Source: Mobula hypostoma (taxonomy: Eukaryota). Taken from it: a DNA stretch of 64,000 nt. Positions 12,331 through 22,779 of this stretch are shown here, piece by piece. Positions within the stretch are counted from its first letter, which is position 1; the number at the start of each line of letters is the position of its first letter. The translations under genes were made by a program, and so were the position numbers. The DNA lies in NCBI RefSeq assembly GCF_963921235.1, contig NC_086097.1, positions 185,258,001-185,322,000 on the forward strand, in the 5' to 3' direction. A model generated the notes under the pieces. It saw only the letters and a program-made list of their open reading frames with translations, searched no databases and had not been told where the DNA came from.

Positions 12331-12732
12331 TCAGTTCTGGACACTGCCTTTGAATCATATTTATCCTTGTCTTATTAACACCTCCCTAAACACTACACAT
12401 CATTCTTATCAAATTCCATCTGCTATTGACTGCTCATTAAAATTATCCTGCAATTTAAGCCTAAGCCTACACTCCTCACTATGAATAACACCTCCACTTT
12501 CTCTGTCATCTGTAAACTTACTAATCCTACTTCCTACATACATATTCAACTTGTTAATAGCTGCTACTTTCATCTGCTAACTCACCCCACATCCTCTCAT
12601 AGCTGAAAAATGTGGTACCAACTGAAAATACTGCAGACTGTCTTGCAGCACTTAGGAACAAGGCAATCCTCAGAAGAAAGGCTCTGATGTCCACATATTT
12701 GCCTGTAACATATGGTCTACATGTGCACTATA

Positions 12733-12869
12733 CATAGAAACATAGAAAATAGGTGCAGGAGTAAGCCATTCGGCGCTTCGAGCCTGCACCGCCATTCAGT
12801 ATGACCATGGCTGATCATCCAACTCAGAACCCTGTACCAGCCTTCCCTCCATACCCCCTGATCCCTTTC
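12733..12869 (-). mobile_element. CR1 3' end fragment
   Basis: (ACATAGAA)n is the reverse of a (TTCTATGT)n tail, followed by the reverse-complemented CR1 3' UTR. Confidence 0.75.
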
Positions 12870-12873
12870 GTTT

Positions 12874-12960
12874 TGGGTCTCAGCCTGAAAGGTCGACTGT
12901 AGCTCTTCCTAGAGATGCTGCCTGGCCTGCTGCGTTCACCAGCAGCTTTGATGTGTGTTA
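12874..12960 (+). repeat. Truncated copy of the hammerhead-bearing PLE-derived repeat
   Basis: GGGTCTCAGCCTGAAAGGTCGACTG...GATGCTGCCTGGCCTGCTGCGTTCACCAGC, nearly identical to 36805-36890. Confidence 0.8.
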
Positions 12961-13489
12961 ATAGATATTTAATTCAGTTTTGTTATTCCTTTAGAAGTTA
13001 TAAAGAAGAAAGTAGTAGTAAAAAAACCTAAACCAGCATAAAATCTGTGAACCAGTTGTATGTTGTAAGAGAGAAGGGTCTGGTTTGCATTAATGGATTC
13101 CAGCATTCATTTCCCGAATAAAACAGAAATATCGTAACTAAGGTACATTAATTTCTATAAAATTCATAACACAAATAAAATGTGGTTTAAAAGTGTTGCA
13201 AAATCTTGTAAACATTCTGATTGCATAACATTGATATTTTTGTTAAATAACATAGTGCAAAATAAAACATCAAAACAGTTTCTTGGAGAGTTATGCAGTG
13301 GTAAGAATTAATGAGGACACAGAAAGCATTTTGGCTTCTGGAAATACAGTACAAAAGCACCACAATGTGAGAAACAAAAATATTTGCTTATCCATAGCTA
13401 TTAGGTTATAATTAACATTTTTCTTAGAAGCCCTTTTGGATCAAGAGGGACTATGTTTCTAGGATAATGCAATTAAACATTGATAGTTT

Positions 13490-14613
13490 TAGACAGGCTT
13501 ATTCAGAAAGTTAGAAGGCATGGGATCCAGGGGATTTTGGCCAGGTGGATTCAGAATTGGCTTGCCTGCAGAAGGCAGAGGGTGGTGGTGGAGGGAGTAC
13601 ATTCAGATCCGAGGATTGTGATTAGTGGTGTCCCACAAGGATCTGTTCTGGGACCTATACTTTTCGTGATTTTATTAACGACCTGGATGTGGGGGTAGAA
13701 GGGTGGGTTGACAAGTTTGCATTCGACACAAAGGTTGGTGGTGTTGTAGATAGTGTAGAGGATTGTCGAAGATTGCAGAGAGACATTGATAGGATGCAGA
13801 AGTGGGCTGAGAAGTGGCAGATGGAGTTCAACCTGGAGAAGTGTGAGGTGGTACACTTTGGAAGGGCAAACTCCAAGGCAGAGTACAAAGTAAATGGCAA
13901 GATACTTGGTAGTGTGGAGGAGCAGAGGGATCTGGGGGTAGATGTCCACAGATCCCTGAAAGTTACCTCACAGGTGGATAGGGAGGTTAAGAAAGCTTAT
14001 GAGGTGTTAGCTTTCATAAGTCAAGGGATAGAGTTTAAGAGTCGCGAGGTAATGATGCAGCTCTGTAAAACTCTGGTTAGGCCACACTTGGAGTACTGTG
14101 TCCAGTTCTAGTCACCTCACTATAGGAAGGATGTGGAAGCATTGGAAAGGGTACAGAGGAGATTTACCAGGATGCTGCCTGGTTTAGAAAGTATACATTA
14201 TGATCAGAGATTAAGGGAGCTAGGGCTTTACTCTTTGGAGAGAAGGAGGATGAGAAGAGACATGATAGAGGTGTACAAGATAATAAGAGGAATAGATAGA
14301 GTGGATAGCCAGCGCCTCTTCCCCAGGGCACCACTGCTCAATACAAGAGGACATGGCTTTAAGGTAAGGGGTGGGAAGTTCAAGGGGGATATTAGAGGAA
14401 GGTTTTTTACTCAGAGAGTGGTTGGTGCGTGGAATGCACTGCCTGAGTCAGTGGTGGAGGCAGATACACTAGTGAAGTTTAAGAGACTACTAGACAGGTA
14501 TATGGAGGAATTTAAGGTGGGGGCTTATATGGGAGGCAGGGTTTGAGGGTCGGCACAACATTGTGGGCCGAAGGGCCTGTACTGTGCTGTACTGTTCTAT
14601 GTTCTATGTTCTA
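13490..14613 (+). mobile_element. CR1 LINE 3' fragment (second subfamily)
   Basis: GVPQGSVLGP, KWQMEFNLEKC, VRPHLEYCVQF, FFTQRVV; (TTCTATG)n tail. Confidence 0.92.
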
Positions 14614-14819
14614 TCACAAAAATATGATTATTCTATAAAAGTTGCATAATTGGCTTTGGCAAATGCATGTATGGCATGAAAGTTATGTTCATGAAAGATA
14701 GTTGATACATCAGATTCATGGGCAGAATTCTGAAGGGTAATGGTTAAATAAATGAATAAAGTAGGAGGTCACAGTGGTTGCCTTCGGAGTATCTAACAAT
14801 GGGTGCTCCCGAGACAATG

Positions 14820-15345
14820 TAGAATTTGTTCAGATAGAGCAGATGATATTCCCAAGATTTTTCATGAAGCCACACTCCCCAAATGTTTCTAAGGACTAAA
14901 GATATCCAAATCTTAATGCCAGAGACCTGTACAATGGAGCATATATCCAGCCACACATTCTGGACTGTTCTGCCACTTAGGATTAAAGTCACCATCACCC
15001 TGGACTTCCCAGTTCTGTACAGATCAGCTGGTGCTTGAACAAAGTGGCAATACCACCATAAATACATTGTACTGACACCCTCCAAGGAATATGTGGTCCA
15101 CTTTGATTGCCATATTTTTGCATACATATCTACACAAAAAACAGATTTTTTTGTACACTCTCGTCCCTTGGGTTTTGACTCTGCTCTGTGCTCTGCTACT
15201 GTGATAGAGCGGTTTTATATTAAACATTATGAAAATAGCAGAATCTGAGGGAGATTCAAGTGATTGCAAAACTCCATATGTTTGCCATCCAAGTATCTGC
15301 AGCAGGAGCACAAGAAGCAGAGGAGGAGAAGGAGGCAGGCAAAGG
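14820..15345 (+). mobile_element. Ancient PIF/Harbinger transposase remnant
   Basis: TVLPLRIKVTITLDF (~14964-15008) resembles Harbinger ALPVAVKVTxALNF. CK/LHMFAI (~15265-15290) resembles CCxLHNxAI and is followed by an acidic GAG-rich stretch. Confidence 0.45.
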
Positions 15346-15683
15346 GAATGCTGACAGTTGTCAATAAATGGAATTTTTCTCCAGAATATTTTTTGGCAAA
15401 ATCCTATTGCTCAGAGATTCTCTTGACTTGTGCATTCCATTTGTCAGGGACCTTTACCATCATTATATGGCAGCAATCCCAAGGTCCCACAGTACGCAAA
15501 ATCACCCATCTGCTACCCACGGATCCCCTGACATTGTTAGTCACTGGTGGAGAGTGGCTATTGTCAGTCTGATATCAGTAGTGAGGGAATTACTGGTGGG
15601 CATGGAAGATTCTGCCTGACCAATCGTTTAGATTATTATGAAGCGGTAGATGAAGAACAGGCAGTGGTTGTTGTATATTTTAA

Positions 15684-18600
15684 GAAACATAGAAACACAA
15701 AAACATAGAAAACCTACAGCACAATACAGGTCCTTTGGCCCACAAAGTTGTGCCAAGCATGTCCCTACCTTAGAAATTACTAGACTTATCCATAGCCTTC
15801 TATTTTTCTAAGCTCCATGTACCTATCTAAAAGCCTCTTAAAAGACCCTATCGTATCCGCCTCCACCACCAATGCCGGCAGTCCATTCCATGCACTCACC
15901 ACTCTCTGAGTAAAAAACGTACCCCTGACATCTCCTTTGTACCTACTCCCCAGCATCTTAAACCTGTGTCCTCTTGTGGCAACCATCTCAGCCCTGGGAA
16001 GAAGCCTCTGACTATCCACATGATCAATGCCTCTCATCATCTTATATAGCTCTATCAGGTCACCGCTCTTCCTCCGTCGCTCCAAGGAGAAAAGGCCGAG
16101 TTCACTCAACCTGTTTTCATAAGGCATGCTCCCCGATCCAGGCAACATCCTTGTAAATCTCCTCTGCATCCTTTCTATGGTTCCCACATCCTTCCTGTAG
16201 TGAGGCGACCAGAACTGAGCACAGTACTCCAAGTGGGGTCTGACTAGGGTCCTATATTAGATTAGGAGAATACTCAGTCCTCTTTTATTGTCATTTAGAA
16301 ATGCATACATGCATTAAGAAATGATACAATGTTTATCCGGAGTGATATCACAGAAAACAGGACAAACAAAAGACTAACACTGACAGAACCACATAATTAT
16401 AACATATAGTTACAGCAGTGCAAAGCAGTACCATAATTTGATGAAAAACAAACTATGGGCACTGTAAAAAAAAAGTCAAAGTCCCTGAGTCGATCAACAC
16501 CTGAGTCCCCGATAGCAGGCGGCAAAAGGGAGAAACTCCCTGCCATAAACCTCCAGGCACCGTCAACTTGCCGATGCCTTGGAAGCAGCCGACCACAGCC
16601 GACACTGAGTCCGTCCATCCGAAAATTTCGAGCCTCCGACCAGCCGCTCCGATACAGCCTGCCGAGCGCCATCCTCTGCCGAGTGCCTTCGACCTAACCC
16701 CAGCTGCTGAAACAAGCAAAGCTGAGGATTCGGGCCTTCTGCACCGGAGATCCCGGTTACCACACAGTAGCAGCGGCAGCGCAGTGGGGATTTCAGAAGG
16801 TTCTCCAGATGTTCCTCCGCACTCTCACATCTGTCTCCATCAAATCAGAATTGTGCACAGTCCCCTACTTGACAGATTACAGATATCATTCACCAGAGAG
16901 GCCGCGCGCACTGCCGTCGGGCCGCCATCTTCTCCTCCTCCTGTAGGTAATATAGCTGCAACATTACCTCTCGGCTCCTAAATTCAATACCACGATTGAT
17001 GAAGGCCAATACACCGTACGCCTTCTTAACCACAGAGTCAACCTGCGCAGCTCCTTTGAGTGTCCTATGGACTCGGACCCCAAGGTCCCATTGATCCACC
17101 GCACTGCCAAGAGTCTTACCATTAATACTATATTCTGCCATCATTTTTGACCGACCAAAATGAACCACTTCCCAATTATCTGATTGAACTCCATCTGCCA
17201 CTTCTCAGCTCAGTTTTGCATCCTATCAATGTCCCGCTGTAACCTCTAACAGCCCTCCGCACTATCCACAACACCTCCAACCTTTGTGTCATCAGAAAAC
17301 TTACTAACCCATCCCTCCACTTCCTCATACAGGTCATTTATAAAAATCACGAAGAGTAAGGGTCCCAGAACAGATCACTGAGGCACACCACTGGTCACCA
17401 ACCTCCATGCAGAAAATGACCTGTCTACAACCATTCTTTGCCTTCTGTGGGCAAGCCAGTTGTGGATCCACAAAGCTATGTCCCCTTGGATCTCATGCCT
17501 TCTTATTTTCTCAATAAACCTTGCACGGGGTACCTTATCAAATGCCTTACTGAAATCCATGTATATTACATCTACTGCCCTTCCCTCATCAATGTGTTCT
17601 GTCACATCCTCAAAAAATTCAATCAGGCTCATAAGGCACAACCTGCCCTTGACAAAACCATGCTGACTATTCCTAATCATATTATACCTCTCGAAATGTT
17701 CATAAATCCTGCCTCTCAGGATCTACTCCATCAACTTACCAACGACTGAAGTAAGACTCACTGGTCTATAATTTCCTGGGCTATCTCTACTCCCTTTCCT
17801 GAATGAAGGAACAACATCCACAACCCTCCAATCCTCCGGAACCTCTCGCGTCCCCATTGATGATGCAGAGATCATTGCCAGAGGCTCAGCAATCTCCTCC
17901 CTCGCCTCCCAAAGTAGCCTGGGGTATATCTCATCCAGTCCCAGCGACTTATTCAACTTGATGCTTTCCAAAAGCTTTAGCACATCCTCTTTCTTAATAT
18001 CTACATGTTCAAGCTTTTCAGTCTGCTGCAAGTCATCACTACAATCACCAAGATCCTTTTCCATAGTGAATACTGAAGTAAAGTATTCATTAAGTACCTC
18101 TGCTATTTCCTCTGGTTCCATACACACTTTCTTACTGTCACACTTGATAGGTCCTATTCTTTCATGTTTCATCCTCTTGCTCTTCACATACTTGTAGAAT
18201 GCCTTGGGGTTTTCCTTAATCCTGCCTGCCAAGGCCTTCTCATGGCCCCTTCTGGCTCTCCTAATTTCCTTCTTAAGCTCCTTCCTGTTAGTCTTACAAT
18301 CTTCTAGATCTCTATCGTTACCTAGCTCTCTGAACCTTTTGTAAGCTTTTCTTTTCTTCTTGACTAGATTTATTACAGCCTTTATACACCATGGTTCCTG
18401 TACCCTACCATAACTTCCCTGTCTCATTGGAATGTACCTATGTAGAACTCCACACAAATATCCCCTGAACATTTGCCACATTTCTTCCATACTTTTCCCT
18501 GAGAACATCTGTTCCCAAATTAAGCTTCCAATTTCCTGCCTGATAGCCTCATAATTCCCCTTACTCCAATGAAACGCTTTTCTAAATTGTCTATTCCTAT

Positions 18601-19131
18601 CTTTCTTCAATGCTATTGTAAAGGAGATAAAATTTTAACCACTATCTCCAAAATGCTCTCCCACTGAGAGACCTGACACCTGACCAGTTTCATTTCCCAA
18701 TACCAGATCAAGTACAGTTTCTCCTCTTGTAGGCTTATCTGCATATTGTGTCAAGAAACCTTCCTGAACACACTGTACAAACTCCACCCCATCTAAACTG
18801 CTTGCTCTGGGGAGATGCCAATCTATATTTGGGAAATTAAAATCACCCGTCACGACAACTCTGTTATTGTTACACCTTTCCAGGATCTGTTCCCTATCTG
18901 CTCCTTGATATCCCTGTTACTATTGGGCGGCCTATAAAAAACACCCAGTTAAGTAATTGACCCATTCTTGTTCTTAACCTTCACCCACAGAGACTCCATA
19001 GACAATCCCTCCATGGCGTCCACCTTTTCTGCAGCTGTGACACTATCTCTAATCAACAGTGCCATGCCCCCATCTCTTTTGCCTCCCTCCCTGTCCTTTC
19101 TGAAACACTTAAAAGCCGGCACTTGAAGTAA
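15684..19131 (-). mobile_element. CR1 LINE, 5'-truncated in the APE domain, disrupted ORF2
   Basis: Minus ORFs 18949-19158, 18635-18853 (GDFNFPNIDW), 17723-18610, 17375-17680, 16890-17201 and 15786-16232 tile a CR1 ORF2; tail (TTCTATG)n-like at 15684-15712. Confidence 0.93.
16258..16948 (-). mobile_element. ~690-bp non-coding retroelement inserted in CR1
   Basis: Interrupts the CR1 frame at MLQLY|RTLVRP with ATAT duplicated. Minus strand starts GGAGGAGGAGAAGATGGCGG, has a CpG-rich 5' half, and ends with GACAATAAA plus a short tail. Confidence 0.75.
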
Positions 19132-20097
19132 CAAGGCCTTCAACAATTCATCTTGCACAGTTGGGTGGAAGGTTGGGTGATCCGGAAGATTGGGTCCAAT
19201 GGAATGCAGGGAGAGCTAGTAAAATAGATTAAAACTGGCTCAGAAGTTGGAAACAGGGGGTGGTGGTTGAATGTTGTTTCTCAGAATGCAGACCAATGAC
19301 TCATGGTGTGCCACAGAGGTCAGTAACAGACCCTTTGTTATTCATTACATATTTATATAACTTGGAAGAAATGCACAAAACTTGATCAGCAACTTTGAGG
19401 ATATCATGAAATTAGAAGATTTTGTTAACTGTGAAGTAGGTTATCATAGATTGTACAGGGATCTTGATCAGTTAGGGAACTGATGGATTTTAACATGGGT
19501 AAGTGTGAGGTGATGCTTTTTGGAAAGTCAAAACAGCATTAGACTTTTACTGTGAAATGGAAGGACATGAGGGAATGTAATGGAACAGAAGGACTTGTGA
19601 GTACGAGTGTATAATTGGCAGACAGCAGTGTCACTAGTAAACAGGGTAGTGAGAAAGGCATTTAGCGTGCTGGTCTTTATCAATCAAGACACTGAGTATT
19701 GGAGCTGGGATAATATACTGCTGATGTATAACTCATTGGTGAGGCCACACTTGGAGTACCATGTACGGTTTTAGGAAAGACATGGTTAGTCTGGAAAGAG
19801 TACAGAAGAGATTTATGAGGATGTTGACAGGACTAGAGGGAGATGCTGCCAAGTTAGGTCTTTATTCTTTGGAACATAGGAGAGTGAGAGGAAAACTAAT
19901 AGATGGATGTTAGCTATCTTTTGCCCAGGGTAGGAGAGCTGAAGGTGGAGAGGTTTAGGGTGAAAGGGGAAAGATATAAAAGGGACTTGAGAAGCAGATT
20001 TTCACACAGAGGGTATCATTTAAGAAGCCCTTTGATAATGTAGATCCATGGTGGTTGTGGGTCAGTAGGATGTGGGCTAAACACCGGAAATTGAAAG

Positions 20098-20776
20098 AGG
20101 CTGGGTGGACTAACAGGCAGACAGGCCTGTATCCATGCTGCAGACTGGCTGGACTAACAGGCAGACAGGCCTGTATCCATGCTGCAGACTGGGTGGACTA
20201 ACAGGCTAATGGGCCTGTATCCATGCTGCAGACTGGGTGGAGTAACAGGCTAACAGGCCTGTATCCATGCTGCAGACTGGGTGGACTAACAGGCAGACAG
20301 GCCTGTATCCATGCTGCAGACTGGGTGGACTAACGGGCCTGTATCCATGCTGCAGACTGGGTGGACTAACAGGCAGACAGGCCTGTATCCATGCTGCAGA
20401 CTGGGTGGACTAACAGGCTAACAGGCCTGTATCCATGCTGCAGACTGGGTGGACTAACGGACTAACAGGCAGACAGGCCTGTATCCATGCTGCAGACTGG
20501 GTGGACTAACAGGCTAACGGGCCTGCATCCATGCTGCAGACTGGGTGGACTAACAGGCTAATGGGCCTGTATCCATGCTGCAGACTGGGTGGACTAACAG
20601 ACTAACAGGCTAACGGGCCTGTATCCATGCTGCAGACTGGGTGGACTAACAGACTAACAGGCTAACGGGCCTGTATCCATGCTGCAGGCTGGGTGAGCAC
20701 CATGGTAGGAACAGACTGGGTGGGCACCGTGGTAGGAACAGGCTGGGTGGGGCTAACAAATCTGTATCCATGCTGT
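20098..20776 (+). repeat. Minisatellite, ~13 units of 36/44/52 bp plus a degenerate final unit
   Basis: Unit GACTGGGTGGA(CTAACAGG-like 8-mer x1-3)CCTGTATCCATGCTGCA repeated in tandem. Confidence 0.95.
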
Positions 20777-21149
20777 GACTCTAAGTCTATGATTTATTCC
20801 TTCACACTAATGACCTAATCTGATGACTGCATTCCTGTCCTTGATATGACTAAAGATCTTAAGCCCTAGACTCAACCACATAGTACTGTCACTCCACTGC
20901 CCATATTACACCGTCATTTATTCCATTACCCTCTTACCTATATTTGCATGGAACATGAAGTAAAGAACTTCCTTTGTGGCCTTTAAATGTAAACATGGCC
21001 AGCATAATATAATGTATGTACTTTTTTGTGAACTAAGATATAAGTTGTGTGATTTTTTCTATCTAAAGGTTATACTGAAGAGCTTTAATCTAGGAGTCAG
21101 AACACTGAATTAGCCAAATCATGAAATTTCTCCCTGTTCTCCTTGCCTT

Positions 21150-21262
21150 AGAAAGGGTCTCGGCCTGAAACATCACTGGGCATTTCCTTCCATAGATGCC
21201 ATCTGATCCCCTGAGTTTCTCAAGCATTTTGTGTGTATTGATCTATAATTCTAGAATCTGCT
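21150..21262 (+). repeat. Degenerate hammerhead-bearing PLE-derived repeat
   Basis: AAGGGTCTCGGCCTGAAACATC...CCATAGATGCC...GCATTTTGTGTGT; the CTGANGA core is absent. Confidence 0.7.
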
Positions 21263-22779
21263 TCTCTCTCATGACATGATTAGAGGGCTCCTTCTTTCGC
21301 CCAGGTTTCTCCCCTTACTCTTGTCCTTCTGGATATAAAGGCCCACTTCTACAAAGTGAGAACATGCTCCCCATCTTGCACTGTCACCCTTGCGCCCACA
21401 AATGCAGAGAATTGCTCATAAATATATTTCCAGCTGGGTTGTTGACCAGGTACCCTTTAATGGCAGAAATCCTGATTTAAATTAGAATGTGAGAGATTTT
21501 GCTGATGCACAATATTCAGCCACTGTTCATCATGAACTGAGCATTTTCCAGGGAAATGGAGGACTTCACATGAAATACATGCACAAAAAAAACAGTTCTT
21601 CACAACTGTGAGTGAATGCAGAGTCTAACTTGAATTACTATTTATATAAAACATTTGATAAAGAGCAATGTGCTGTTTTGTTTAATGAGAGGAGTCATCA
21701 CTATTGATCACAGCTATAAGGCAACCCTTTCATGAATATATAGTGCTACTTATGGAAATAAACTAATAATTAATGTTAGAAAATACTTTCCTTACAAACA
21801 AGTCTCAGACTTTTACTGGAATACTGTGTCCTATATATTTTTTTAAATCTCTAAAATCGACCAATGAAGCTGTTGCTTGCAATGCTCACGATCTGAGTGC
21901 AGTCCTGTCCTCCCAGTCCTGTCACTGTTTGAATACATGGGTTTTCTCCACATGCTGTGGTTTTCTCCCACATTACAGAGTGTTAGTTGGTGGTTAGTTG
22001 ACCTCTCTAATTTCCTGCTCTTGGGTAGGTGAGTAGTGGAAGCTGGAGTGACATTGTCAAAGAATATGATGCTGGATAATTAATGGGGCAACTGGAATAA
22101 TCTGAGAGCCATCATAAACAATAGGCTGAAGGACCTCCATCAAAGTCTTAGGCAAAATTAATAATTCAAAGAAAATTCAGTTGGTAAATTGCATAACACT
22201 GCTTTCAGTAATGTTGCCAAGGTTAAACGTGCTGTCACAAAGACTTTCAAGAATGCTTAAACCAATAAATAGGGCACTAGTTTAATATGGTGTGAAAAGA
22301 CATGAGGACGATAGCCTTCTCTGGAGGAGAAACAGGGCAGATAATGCACAGCACATGAAGGAATGCCCACAGATCCAAAAGAGGAAGTGATCTTCTAGGA
22401 CCTCATCTCAATTCAGCAGGCATGTGTGAGAAAAGTCCAGACACAATAGAATATGTCAGAAATGGAGCTTGGGAGATCCTAAGGTCATACAAGGAAGAGG
22501 AAACTTTCTTGTGGTATAAGATTTCAAGTTATTTGAAGGGACATGCTATTTCATAGCCATTCTCTGCCACTGTGATGAATTGACCAATGCTGATGTTTAC
22601 ATGCAGTAATGCTATGGGATTGTTGGCAGCTGGGATTCCACAAGAAACTTGGCCTCTCCAGCATTATCAAAGATGATAGTGAATGGGCAGAGTAAAGATA
22701 ACCTCACATGCTTACGTTCATTCTTAACGTACAGATATCTAAAAGCAAAACAAGTGTATTTTGGAAAATAGGTAAATCG

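Larger units (their letters stand above)
15595..20792 (+). mobile_element. Older CR1 (pieces 15595-15683 and 19132-20792) split by a younger CR1
   Basis: Left piece reads GRFCLTNRLDYYEAVDEEQAVVVVYF and the right piece resumes KAFN, together matching CR1 SCLTNL...AVDVVYMDFSKAFDK. It continues through GVPQRSV and VRPHLEY to a 3' UTR that contains the minisatellite. Confidence 0.75.

Noticed and set aside
20098..20776. CRISPR-like array (constant repeat with variable intervening sequence)
   Set aside because: The intervening parts are 8-24 bp reiterations of one 8-mer, not unique spacers. There are no cas genes and the context is eukaryotic.
21870..22130. Degenerate V-SINE-like sequence
   Set aside because: Only a partial core match (GGGTTTTCTCCACATGCTGTGGTTTTCTCCCACAT), and the ends cannot be defined.
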